From: Azolla caroliniana
Lineage: Eukaryota; Plantae; Polypodiophyta
DNA: 64,000 nucleotides
Assembly (NCBI GenBank): GCA_043228905.1
Contig: JBHGNT010000015.1
Coordinates: 1,116,001-1,180,000, forward strand
Direction of reading: 5' to 3'
A program made the translations under genes and the position numbers. Under the pieces are notes generated by a model. It saw only the letters and a program-made list of their open reading frames with translations, ran no database searches and was not told the origin of the DNA. This document shows positions 1 to 12,357 of the stretch, piece after piece (positions within the stretch are counted from its first letter, which is position 1; each line of letters starts with the position of its first letter).

Positions 1-2116
1 GAAATAGCAGCAAAGTTAAAAGCAATGACATAACATGCTATCAATGTGCCAGGAAAGGCCACAAGAAACCTGATTGCCGCTCTTACAAAGCAGAACTTAA
101 AAGAAAAAAGAATTCTGGAGATAAGAGAAAAGACAAGACTAATGCACATGACAGCCAAAAGGACGAAGAGAACGCTAATTTGGCCTCTAATGTAGTAATA
201 GAGGAGCTATCAGATGTTGAGGGCATTTTATGTGCTACGTTTTCAGCTAATGATACTTACGCATATGATGCCTCTCTAAATATTCATTCAGAGGACATGT
301 GCATCACTAAGAATGATCTTATTGATGCTTTGCTGACTGTCAATGATGCATTGGCCCAAACATGGATAGTTGACTCTGGTGCTTTATTTCATGTGATTCC
401 GATCAAGGAGTGTTTTTCTACTTTTACTGTAGGCCGCCATGGCCATGTATACCTTGGAAACAATCATGCATGTTCCATTGAGGGTATTGGCACTGTGCGC
501 TTTTCTACAAATGGCATTAATGAGCTGGTTTTGCATAATGTGCATTATGTACCAGGGATCAAGAAGAGCTTGCTTTTGGTGGGGCAAATGGATATGCATG
601 GTTCTAGGATTCACTTTGAGAGAGGATCATGGAAAATGACAGAAGGTTCGAGGCTGATAGTGAAAGGCACAAAGAAAGGAACTCTTTATTGCTTATGGAA
701 ATGCTATATCAGGCAAATTTATTGCTTTGGTTGAAGTTCACTCCCATATGGAGTTGTGGCATAAGAGACTTGGCTAAAGGCACAAAGCTTGATTTCAGTA
801 ATGAATGCCAATATGGAAAGCAAGTGAAGCGTTCCTTTTACTCTAGTGTGTCTCGTAAGTCTTGTGTACTGGATCTGTTCATTCTAATGCGTGTCGCATG
901 CCCACCAAATCTATGGGGGGTGCAATGTATTTTATCTCATTTGTTGATGATTTCTCTAGGAAAATTTGGGTTCAATTGTTTAAATCTAAGGATGAAGCCT
1001 TAGTTGCATTTAAGCGTTTTTATGCATTTGTGACCACTCAAACAGGCAGAAAACTGAAATGTTTGCGTACGAACAATGGTGGTGAATATACAAGTGCTGA
1101 ATTCAAGAAATTTTGTGAAATTTTGGGTATTAAGAGGGAGCTTATTGTTCCATACAGCCCCTCTTCTAATGGTGTGGCTGATCGATATAACATGACACTT
1201 TGTGAGAGAGTGAGATGCATGCTATCCACCGCTAATCTCCCTCATGGATTTTGGGGAGAGGCACTCAAAACTGCAGTGCATGTATGCAATAGATCCCCTC
1301 ACGCATCTGTAAAGGGTGACATCCCTTAAGATGTTTGGTTTGGCAAACCTGCTTCATATGATCACTTACGTGTATTTGGCTGTGAGGCTTTTGTACATAT
1401 AAGGCCTGAGCTGAGAAACAAACTTGATGCCAAGTCCATTAAGGGCCTCTTCATGGGATATGGTGAAAAAGGAGAAATGCGTTATAGGATTTGGATTCCC
1501 CAGCTCAAGAAGGTTATACACAGCCGACATGTTGTTGTCAATGAGGCAAGGCTGCTTCAAAACAATTGTGCCTCAAAAGATGACCATAAAAGGTTTAGTT
1601 ATCAGCATGACCAGCCACCTGTTAGACCCAGTTTTGACCATCAGGATCCACCACAAGGGACTGAAAATATTGATCAATCAGTGGTTTTGGAGCCAGAAGA
1701 TGTTGGACAGCAAGATGAGGATCCTGAGAGGAATATGCAGCCAAATAATAATGCTGAAAATGGCACTGAAAATAATGGACAGCAGCCTAACAATGATGAT
1801 TTAGACATGCCACCTAATGTTGATCCATTACCTAACAATATGGATCATTGGGTGAGACGTTGTACTCGTATAAGACGAAATGTGAGTAGATTTGACCCCT
1901 CGTTGCACTACATAATGTTGACCAATGAGGGAGAACCTCTTACATATAAAGAGGCAAAAGCATGTGAGCACAGCAATAAGTGGGAGCTTGCTATGCAAGA
2001 AGTGATTAAGGCTTTGCATTCAAATAATACTTGGGACTCGGTTGAACTGCCCAAAGGAAGGAAAGCTATTCCTAACAAATAGGTATATAAAACCCGTTGA
2101 TGACAAACCCAAGTAT
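1..2116 (+). mobile_element. Ty1/Copia (Tnt1/Tork-like) internal region: gag zinc knuckle, protease, integrase, start of RT; decayed and cut at 2116
   Basis: ORFs 180-734 (WIVDSGA protease motif), 862-1329 (integrase core, SNGVADRYN) and 1453-2082 (EPLTYKEA..NNTWD). Contains stops and frameshifts. Closely similar to the inverted copy at about 3820-5620. Confidence 0.95.
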
Positions 2117-2431
2117 TGTAAGGGTTAGGACTGATGTCAATAGGTCTAAGGAATACTCTGGATTCACCCTAGTATAGGCCCTTTAGATGCAATAGTGGAG
2201 CTATGGTAGAAAAGATAGAGAGAGAGCAATAGTTGGAGGAGCTCACCTTTTGAAGTGAGATCCAAAAGTTTTTAACTTATGTTTTATATGGCCCATTTAG
2301 GGTTTGCCAAGTTCACATTGAACTTGGCCCAAAAATAACAAAAAAGGTGATGAATGACTTTTGGCCTTTATAAATAGGCCTATATACATGTTCACACTAT
2401 AAGGGGGTCATTTAGGGCCTTTACCCCAACA
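2117..2431 (-). repeat. 3' LTR of Copia element
   Basis: TG...CA termini; direct repeat of 6386-6707 with about 11 substitutions plus a (GA)n length difference by eye; adjacent to the PPT. Confidence 0.95.
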
Positions 2432-2442
2432 ACCTCCCACTT
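2432..2442 (-). other. Polypurine tract (AAGTGGGAGGT)
   Basis: Purine-rich run directly upstream of the 3' LTR on the minus strand. Confidence 0.85.
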
Positions 2443-4624
2443 AAAGGCATAAATGACGCCTTTAAGCTACGTGACTCCCACCATTTGTATACATATCTGA
2501 TGTTGTGCTTTGGGTAAGCACTTGGTCAGTACATCCACAGGGTTCTGTGATGTGTGGACCTTTATCAATGTGATAAGGTCATCCTCAAGCACTTCTCGAA
2601 TGAAGTGATATCGCACATCAATATGTTTTGTGCGTGCATGAAACATAGCATTCTTTTCCAAACAGATGGCACTCTGGCTATCACAACCAAGAATGGGTGC
2701 CTTTTCAGGCAAACCAAACTCACTGCATAGACGTGCTAACCATATTGCTTCCTTGTAAGCCTCGGTGGCTGAGATATATTCTGCCTCAGTAGTGGACAGA
2801 GCAACAACCTTTTGCAGCCTACTACACCATGATATAGCACCACCTGCAAGTGTGAATACATAGCCACTTGTGGATTTCCGTGTATCCACATCACCTGCCA
2901 TGTCAGTGTCACAAAAACCCTTCAGCTCTAATGGGCCTTTTCCATAACAGAGGCATTTATTTTTAGTCCCTTAGTACCTCATAATGGACTTTACTACATT
3001 CCAATGTGCCTTGCCCGGATTAGCCATGAATCGGCTTACAACTCCCACTGCATAGACAATATCAGGTCTAGTAGCAAACATAGCATACATAAGTGAACCA
3101 CAAGCTGAAGCGTAAGGTACACATTGCATTTCACTGATTGCTTCTTGTGTCTTAGGACAATCTTCCTTAGAGACTTTATCATATGGCTGTAATGGCACTC
3201 CTAGAGGCTTTGCGACAGCCATACAAAATCTGTCCAGCACCTTGTCAATGTATTTTTCTTGAGATAAATACAATGCGTGTTCCCTTTGTCTCCTAATTCT
3301 TACTAAGTACATGCTCAGCTACCCCAAGGTCTTTCATTGAAAATGCAGATTTCAGCTGCATTTTAAGGACATCAATAGTGTTCCTTTTCTTGGCAGCAAT
3401 GAGCATATCATCAACATATAGTACAAGAATGATTGGGCTGCCACTTTCATCTCTTTTAGTATACAAACAGTGATCAGCATGGCTTCTTTTGTACCCGTGT
3501 ATGAGCATAAAAGTGTCAAACTTTTTGTACCATTGTCTAGAAGCTTGTTTCAGCCCATACAAGCTTCTATTGAGCTTACATACCAAATGTTCGTTTCCAG
3601 GAATAACAAAGCCCTCACGCTGTTTCATGTAAAGCTCTTCGTCAATGTCACCATGCAAAAAAGCTGTATGTATATCCATTTGGTCTAATACCAAATCAAG
3701 TGCAGCCACTATAGCAAATAGCACTCGCAAAGTGGTCATTTTAACCACAGGAGAAAACACTTCCTAAAAATCTATGCCCTTAGTTTGAGCATATCCTTTT
3801 GCAACCAGCCTTGCTTTATACTTGGGTTTGTCATCAACGGTCTTGATTTTATATACCCATTTGTTAGGAATAGCTTTCCTTCCTTTGGACAGTTCAACCG
3901 AGTCCCAAGTATTATTTGAATGCAAAGCCTTAATCTCTTCCTGCATAGCAAGCTCCCACTTATTGTTGTGCTCACATGCCTTTGCCTCTTTATATGTAAG
4001 AGGTTCTCCCTCATCGGTCAACATTATGTAGTGCAACGAGGGGTCAAATCTACTCACATTTCGTCTTATACGAGTAGAACGTCTCACCCAATGATCCATA
4101 TTGTCAAGTAATGGATCAACATCAGGTGGCATGTCTAAATCATCATTGTTAGGCTGCTGTCCATTATTTTCAGCGCCATTTTCAGCATTATTATTTGGCT
4201 GCACATTCCTTTCAGGATCCTCACCTTGCTCTCCAACATCTTCTGGCTCCAAAACCACTGGATAATCAATATTTTCAGTCCTTTGTGGTGGATCCTAATG
4301 GTCAAAACTGGGTCTAACAGGTGGTTGGTCATGCTGAAATCTAAACCTTTTATGGTCATCTTTTGAGGCACAATAGTTTGAAGCAGCCTTGCCTCATTGA
4401 CAACAACATCTCGGCTGCGTATAACCTTCTTGAGTTGGGGTATCCAAATCCTATAACCCATTTCACCTTCTTCACCATATCCCATGAAGAGGCCCTTAAT
4501 GGACTTGGCATCAAGTTTGTTTCTCAGCTCAGGCCTTATATGTACAAAAGCCTCGCAACCAAAGACACGTAAGTGATCATCCTTAGATTTAAACAATTGA
4601 ACCCAAATTTTTCTAGAGAAATCA

Positions 4625-6295
4625 TCAACAAATGAGATAAAATACATTGCACCCCATAGATTTGGTGGGCATGCTATACACATCAAAATGAACAAGATCA
4701 AGTACACAAGACTTACGAGACACACCAGAGTAAAAGGAATGCTTCACTTGCTTTCCATATTGGCATTCATTACAAAAATCAAGCTTCCTGCCTTTAGCAT
4801 CAAGCTTCCTTAGATTACAAAGCCTAGTGAGACCCTTTTGGCTCATATGGCCAAGTCTCTTATGCCACAACTCCATATGGGAGTGAACTTCAACCAAAGC
4901 AATAAATTTGCGCGATATAGCATTTCCATGTAAGCAATAAAGTGTTCCCCTTTTTGTGCCTTTCACAATCAGCCTTGAACCTTTTGTCATTTTCCATGAT
5001 CCTCTCTCAAAGAGAATGCTACAACCATGCATATCCATTTGCCCCACCAAAAGCAAGCTCTTCTTGATCCCTGGTACATAACGCACATTATGCAAAACCA
5101 GCTCATTAGTGCCATTTGTAGAAAAACGCACATTGCCAATACACTCAATGGAACATGCATGATTGTTTCCAAGGTATACATGGCCATGGCTGCCTACAAT
5201 AAAAGTAAAAAAACACTCCTTGATAGGATTCACATGAAATGAAGCACCGGAGTCAACTATCCATGTTTGGGCTAATGCATCATTGACAGTCAGCAAAGCA
5301 TCAATAAGATCATTCTTAGTGATGCACATGTCCTCTGAAGGAATATTTAGAGAGGCATCATATGCATAAGTATCACTTGCTGAAAAACTAGCACATAAAA
5401 TGTCCTCATCATCTGATAGCTCCTCTATGAATACATTAGAGGCCAATTTGGCCTTCTCTTCGTCCTTTTGGTTGTCATGTGCATTAGTCTTGTCCTTTCT
5501 CTTATCTCCAGAATTCCTTTTTCTTTCAAGTTCTGCTTTGTAAGAGTGGCAATCAAGTTTCTTGTGGCCTTTCTTGCCACACTGATAGTATGTTACGTCA
5601 TTGCTTTTAACTTTCTTGCTATTTTCCCTTTCTTGACTTTTGCTTTTGTTCTTATGTGCATAGTTACTTCTTTTATTTGTCTTACCTCTAACCATGTTGG
5701 CTGAGTTGAAACCTTCTCCACTTGCTTTTCTCCTAATCTCTTCATTGAGTATGGAGCCCCTAACACCATCAAAGGTCAAGTTGGGGCTATTAGATGATAA
5801 GACGACCAATGTCTCCCATGAGTCAGGTAGTGTCATTAACAAGAAAATGGTTTTGAGCTTATCATCAAAAGGAGTCATTCCTGAGTCTTGTAGCTGTGAT
5901 AAGGTACCTGTAAATAAGGACAAGTGTTCAGCTGCACTCTTGGACTCATCCAATTGCATGCCAACAAGCTTTCGCATTAGGTGTACTTGATTAACAAGTG
6001 TATTGTTTTCATATGTAGCCTTCAACTTTGCCCATATTTTAGAAGCAGATTCCAACCCTTTGAGATCTACCAAGATCTCATCAGAAATAGCCATCTTAAT
6101 ATATATGACAGCCTTTTTGTTTAAAATTTGCCATGCATCTTCTGACATGTTCTCTGGTTTTTTTGCTTCCAACGCCCTCTCACAATCCTTCAAAAAAAGA
6201 ATTCCTTGCATTCTTTCCTTCCACAAGTCGAAACTTGTTCCCTCAAATCGTCGAATCTCAAAAAGATTCTTCACTTCTGAGGAGGATGACGCCAT
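4625..6295 (-). pseudogene. Copia gag-protease-GAG-pre-integrase ORF (556 aa, frameshifted in integrase)
   Basis: UBN2-like gag, degenerate zinc knuckle, WIVDSGASFH, LWHKRLGHMS. Confidence 0.9.
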
Positions 6296-6371
6296 AGCTT
6301 ACAATAAAGAGGTCTGAACACCTATTCTTTGTTGTACAGCAACTATGCAAAAGTTTAGAAACCCTAAATTC

Positions 6372-6383
6372 GCTCTGATACCA
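6372..6383 (-). other. Primer-binding site for initiator tRNA-Met (TGGTATCAGAGC)
   Basis: Exact canonical Copia PBS, 2 nt inside the 5' LTR. Confidence 0.95.
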
Positions 6384-6385
6384 GT

Positions 6386-6707
6386 TGTAAGGGTTAGGAC
6401 TGATGCCAATAGGGCTACGGAATACTCAGGATTCACCCTAGTATAGGCCCTTTAGATGCAATAGTGGAGCTATGGTAGAAAAGAGAGAGAGAGAGAGAGA
6501 GAGCAATAGTTGGAGGAGCTCACCTTTTGAAGTGAGATCCAAAAGTTTTTAACTTATGTTTTATATGGCCCATTTAGGGTTTGCCAAGTTCACATTGAAC
6601 TTGGCCCAAAAATAACAAAAAAAGTGATAAGTGACTTTTGGCCTTTATAATAAGCCTATATACATGTACACACTATAGGGGGGTCATTTAGGGCCTTTAC
6701 CCCAACA
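6386..6707 (-). repeat. 5' LTR of Copia element
   Basis: Direct repeat of 2117-2431; adjacent to the PBS. Confidence 0.95.
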
Positions 6708-7970
6708 GATCAAATTTCTTTTTTGCCCATGGGTGTTGTACAATGCATGTACAACAGATATTGCCTTTGGAAATTTATCTGCAAATCTGAAATTTTCTGT
6801 TTTCAATGTGGCTATATGTATATCATTGGCTGGTACTTGTTTGTACCTTAGTTCACTTGTGTGAGAGTCCAAGCTTGGTTTTTTTTGCTTAAGTTGGTCC
6901 TCCTTTTGGGCTAACAAATCATGATTGGCAGCAGTGACAATAGCCATCTTATGCACATCAAGAAGATTGAGGGCGCACATAATTTTGCGGTATGGAAAAA
7001 GCAATGCTACAACATCTTGCTGCAGAAGAAGCATGCAAAGCCTATTAAAGTCGAAGGGGTAAAGCCTACAAATATAGACCAAGATGATTGGCAAGAGTTG
7101 AACGAGCTTCCATGATCAACTATTAAGTTGTCAATTTCTGATGCCTTGTTTAATATTGAAGGTTTGGACTTTGCCTATTCTATATGGACTAGACTAGAGG
7201 AATTGTATGCCCAAAAGATGGCAGCTAGCAAAGTTTATTGGCTTAAGAAACTTATGGATTTGCGCATATGACAGAGGGCACACCCATGTCAACTCACCTG
7301 AGTGAGTTCAATTCCATTTTCAACCAGCTAGTTGCCTTGAAATTCATCATTGATGATGAGTTTAAGGCCACGTTTTTATTTTCACCTTGTCAGAAAGTTG
7401 GGATACTTTCAGGACTACTATGAGCAATTTAAATGCAATGTTTCTTTATGCTGATGTAGAGAGTTCTCTACTCAAGGAAGACATGAGTTAGCAAAACAAT
7501 GCATCCAATAAGTCCTCTAGTGCATTGCATACTAGGGGTAGGTCGCAGCAGAGGCAAATTTAATAGTTATGGTCGTAATAAATCACATGGTAAACAGGTA
7601 GAATGCCATCACTGTGGTAAAAAGGGTCACTTTAATCGTGATTGTTTCAAATGGAAGAAAGAGAAAGGAAAGGGCAAGAAGATAGATCATTACATAGAAG
7701 AGAAGAGAGACATTCAACCGAGGAAAAGCAATGCTAAAATTGAAGAGGTGAATGTAGTCACTCATGACAGTGATAGTGGAAATGATGTACTCTTTGTCTC
7801 TTCATGCCATAGAGAACATGCTTTACTTGCAGATACGAATGGTGACATGCACACTTAGATACCCGATTCCGGTGCTTCGTTTCATGTCACCCCTCATCGT
7901 GAGTGTTTTCAGATTACACAAGGGGTCGACATGGTGTTGTCCATCTTGGGGACAACTATACATGTGAAAT

Positions 7971-8242
7971 CATAGTACGTAAAATTCATGTTCGTCTAGC
8001 ATAACATTCGTTTTCCTACGTTGGAAAACAAATGCGAATGTTATTCAAACATTCTTGTGTTTTTATTTGTTTTTTTACCCCTTTTTTAGGTTTTTTCCTT
8101 TTTTTTAGGTTTATTTACCTCATAATAAATAGTTAATCCAAAAGTATGGTATTTACCATTCTTCGAGGGTGTTTACCATACTCAAATGTTTCAATCATTC
8201 GTGAATGATCATGCACGTATGGTACATGTGGTTCATGCTATG
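7971..8242. mobile_element. hAT-type MITE (272 bp) inserted in the Copia protease region
   Basis: 8-bp TSD TGTGAAAT at 7963-7970 and 8243-8250; imperfect TIRs CATAGTACG / CATGCTATG. Confidence 0.8.
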
Positions 8243-8809
8243 TGTGAAATTGCAGGTACTAGCACTATGCAATTACAGTTTCAGCATGGTTCTGCTTTCA
8301 CACTTCAGCATGTACGGCATGTACCTCAACTCAAGAAGAGCTTGGTTAGCACAGAGGACAGCTAGATGACGATGGATTTCAGACCACCTTTGGTGATGGG
8401 AAATGGAAGATTTGTAAGGGACCTAGAGTTATTGCCAAAGGTAGTAAAAGTGATACTTTGTATCCGCTCCATGTATCTAGTGTGAGTGACCATGTTGTTG
8501 CCATAACCGAGCAGCCAAGTGTTAAATTACTAGATAGCTATTACACTTTAAGAGAAAAAGGTACTACAGCTATTGACTTATAAATTGTTGTCTCTACTCT
8601 TCAAGGTTTAAGGTAAAGAATGATATAAGAAAAAAACATTTCTTTGTGGCATGGCCGGTTGAGACACATGAGTGAAATTGGTATGAAAGTACTTTCTCGT
8701 TTGGGCTAGTTGCCTTGTCTTCGTTATGCTGATTTTGAGCATTGTGATCATTGCTTTTATGGTAAACATGTACAAACATCTCATAAAAAGTCTCTTTCAC
8801 TGAAGTCTT

Positions 8810-9083
8810 TGTTGGAGGGTGGCAGCTCCAGACATGCACTCTCTTTCATCTTTATTATCTTTGTTCTAAATTCTCTCTTTTCCTAGATTCTTCTCTCTCT
8901 AGAATCTGCGACTCTTTAAATGCCTTCTTTGTCTAGAATCTGCAACGCTTTAAACGCCTTTTCTCTCTTCCACTTTTTCCAAGATATTCCCTCTTATTCC
9001 TAGTTTATTGCACCTATTTTGTATAAATAGGCTTTACCAACCTCTTTTGTAAAGACTTTTACTTTTGTTGCTACTTAAAAACA
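8810..9083 (+). mobile_element. Probable solo LTR
   Basis: TGTT...AACA termini, TCTT on both sides (4 bp), TATAAATA near 9022. Confidence 0.55.
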
Positions 9084-9679
9084 TCTTTTGGGAAAATCGC
9101 ATGCATAAATAACCCAAAAAGACCGAGGAAGTACGTAGGGTTGTATTCCCAGAAGAAATACCTTTTAGATAGAAAAATGTGCCCACTGAACAGCAGCAAA
9201 CACCTGCTGTAAACTTACCTGCAAATGCAGAAAATGAGGCTGGAAATGATCAGCCAGCTTTTGCCCATAATGATGAGCCACCAAATGTGCAGGAACAGCT
9301 AGAACAGCAAGCTGTTAATGCTGATTTGCAGGCTGAAATGACTGGATAGCAAGTTGAAAATGATGATTTGCAGGCTCAACAGCTACCAAACAATGAGCAT
9401 TGGGTTAGGAGATCGTCTAGAGTTATTACACAGCCCGACAGATTTGTTCCTGATGCAAACAGTGTGGCTGATTATGTCATAGTGACTGGTTGTGGCGAAC
9501 CGTCTTGCTTCAAGGAAGCAATGGACAGACAGGGCAACAAGAAATGGTATAAAGCCATGTTGTCAAAGATGGAATCTCTTGAGAAAAATGACACTTGGGA
9601 TTTGGTGCAGTTGCCCAAAGGGCAGAAAACACTTCCATGCAAATGGGTTTATAAACCCTAATCCTCGCGCTACCCTTCA

Positions 9680-10701
9680 GCCATCAATTGCCAGAGGCTT
9701 CGATGTAGACACAGCCTCATCATCAATGACAATGAGAGTACAAAAGTAGTATATACAACTTCTAAGCCAATGAGCAGAAGAGCTGTGAGAAAACCATTGT
9801 GGGAGCTGTACTGCCATCCCAGCAACTGATTATCTATGAATGAGCTGACGCCATCAATTGCCAAAGCCTTCGATGTAGACACAGCCTCATCATCAATGAC
9901 AATGAGAGTACAAAAGTAGTATATACAACTTCTAAGCCAATGAGCAGAAGAGCTGTGAGAAAACCATTGTGGGAGCTGTACTGCCATCCCAGCAACTGAT
10001 TATCTATGAATGAGCTGACGCCATCAATTGCCAAAGGCTTCGATGTAGACACAGCCTCATCATCAATGACAATGAGAGTACAAAAGTAGTATATACAACT
10101 TCTAAGCCAGACGATCTCTATCTCAACAATAAGCAGAAGAGCTGTGAGAAAACCATTGTGGGAACAGTACTGCCATCCCAGCACCTGATTATCTATGAAT
10201 GAACTAACACCATCAATTGCCAGAGGCTTCGATGTAGACGCAGCCTCATCATCAATGACAATGAGAGTACAGAAGTAGTATATACAACTTCTAAGCCAGA
10301 CAATCTCTATCTCAACAATGAGCAGAAGAGCTGTGAGAAAACCATTGTGGGAGCTGTACTGCCATCCCAGCAACTGATTATCTATGAATCAGCTGACGCC
10401 ATCAATTGCCAGAGGCTTCAATGTAGACACAGCCTCATCATCAATGACAATGTGAGTACAAAAGTAGTATATACAACTTCTAAGCCAGACAATCTCTATC
10501 TCAACAATGAGCAGAAGAGCTGTGAGAAAACCATTATGTGAGGCCATCAATTGCCAGAGGCTTCGATGTAGACACAGCCTCATCATCAATGACAATGAGA
10601 GTACAAAAGTAGTATATACAACTTCTAAGCCAGACGATCTCTATCTCAACAATGAGCAGAAGAGCTGTGAGAAAACCATTGTCGGAGCTGTACTGCCATC
10701 A
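9680..10701. repeat. Tandem array of six near-identical units (170, 170, 189, 189, 145, about 158 bp)
   Basis: The unit start GCCATCAATTGCC recurs at 9680, 9850, 10020, 10209, 10398 and 10543. Confidence 0.95.
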
Positions 10702-12260
10702 AATATTATGGAGAACAAAAACAAAGGAAAGGCAAGATTACCCCAGAGTTGACATCAGATCCTCTATTTTTTGCACCATTGCCCTGGAAAAACTCATGCC
10801 ATACAGTAGTAAAGGTCTTCAACATGATCAGACCTTTAATACTGAGTATCACAAGAGTGCAAAGTAATATATACAATTTCTACAGCCTGACTATCTCCAT
10901 CTCAACAATGAGAAGATCTGCGGAAAAAGAATCATTGTTGAAGGGGATGTACTGCCATTGCATTCACAGAGAACAAAATCAAAGGAAAGTCAAGTGTGCC
11001 CTGGACGAGCTCATCTCATACAGTAACAAAAGTCTTCGACATAGACAGAGCTTCATCAACAAGTATCACAAGAATACATAGTAATATATACAATATCTAC
11101 AGCCTAAATATGTCCAGCTCAACAATGAGAAGACCTGTGGAAAAAGAACCATTGTGTAGGGGGTGTGCTGCCATTGAATTCACGGAGACCAAATTCAAAG
11201 AAAAGATCTGCATTCTTCTAACGCTGACCAATTGCGCATCCCATGAATTGCTTATGCATGATAAAGCTCATGCCATATAGTAGTAAACAATGCCTTCGAT
11301 GTAGATGAAGCCCTACAGAGGGTGTTATAGCTATTTAATTTCACAATGAACAAATATAGCCCCAAAGTTGAAATCAGATTCTGCATTCTTTTCACCAGTA
11401 CACTGGGAGAGCATCCCACTAACCTGGTCATGCATGACTGAGCTCATCCATACAGTAGCAGCCAAAGTCTTTGATGTACATGGTGCCTCATCACCGAGTT
11501 TGACAAGGGTACAAAAGTAATATAACAGTTTCTACAGCCAGAATAACTCCATCTCAACAATGAGAAGAGCTGAGAAAAGAAACATTGTGCAGGGATGTTA
11601 ATGATGTAGAAAGAAAGAAAGATATATTAACGTCTTTTAAGAGGCCAAAATGGCCTATAAGACCAAATAAGAGATTACATCTTAAGTGTTGTCTCGTCTT
11701 TGACAACTCGTCTTTGAGAACAAAATAAAATAAAATAAATATTTCACAGTAAATGTAAAAGTAAATAAGATGAAAAGAAAAGAAACAAGGGAATCTGGTT
11801 TTTCGCACATGTGAGATTCTCAAGTTAGGTATATTGTAGCTTTTGTCTTCGAAAGATCTCTAGCATAGGTTGATCTAGAATGGAAATGTCTCTACCACAG
11901 TAGAGAACAAAGGCAAAAGTGGTCAAAAGTTGATATCAAATACTGCAATTTTTTCACCGCTGCCCTGGAAGATCTTCCCACTAATTGTTCGTGTATGAAT
12001 GAGCTCACACCATACAGCAGCCAAAGACTTCGATGTCAACAGAGCCTCATTGCAAGTATGACCCCCACTAACTGACCATGCATAATTCACTGCATGCTAC
12101 ATAGTAGCCAAAGTCTTTGATGTAGATGAAACATCAACGCTGATAGTAGCAAAATCGAAGTAAATGCAATTGCCCCAACGTTGAAGGACTGAGATCATTA
12201 AATGCAATAGCCAAATTCTTCAATATAGATGGAGCCTCTTCATCAAGCATGTGAGACCAT
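10702..12260. repeat. Degenerate continuation of the same repeat family
   Basis: Variants of AAAGTCTTCGATGTAGA..AGCCTCAT and CTCAACAATGAGAAGA recur several times. Confidence 0.75.
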
Positions 12261-12357
12261 CAGCTGTCCCTGATACACGACGAGGTGATATTGGAAATGA
12301 TCATTTGTACTGCAGATAATATCTGTATAATGGAGCCCTAAGCAGCTAGCCTGCAAG

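Larger units (their letters stand above)
2117..6707 (-). mobile_element. Ty1/Copia LTR retrotransposon with two LTRs, internal integrase deletion and no matching TSD
   Basis: LTRs at 2117-2431 and 6386-6707 (TGTAAGGG...CCCCAACA), PBS and PPT present. Gag-protease 4625-6295, RT (YVDDML) 3293-3760, RNase H 2467-2901. Flanks are AGTAT and GATCA. Confidence 0.96.
6708..9658 (+). mobile_element. Second Copia family, strongly decayed (gag, zinc knuckle, protease, start of RT; integrase core missing)
   Basis: Gag start at 6921 (NFAVWKKQCYNILL), CHHCGKKGHFNRDC near 7600, DSGASFH near 7865, EPSCFKEAM..NDTWDLVQLPKG..CKWVYK at 9368-9661. Confidence 0.88.

Noticed and set aside
8520-8638. About 120-bp TGTT...AACA insert as a mini solo LTR
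   Set aside because: No matching TSD; more likely filler DNA.
9680-10701. CRISPR-like repeat array
   Set aside because: Units are contiguous 145-189-bp tandem copies with no unique spacers, the context is eukaryotic, and there are no cas genes.
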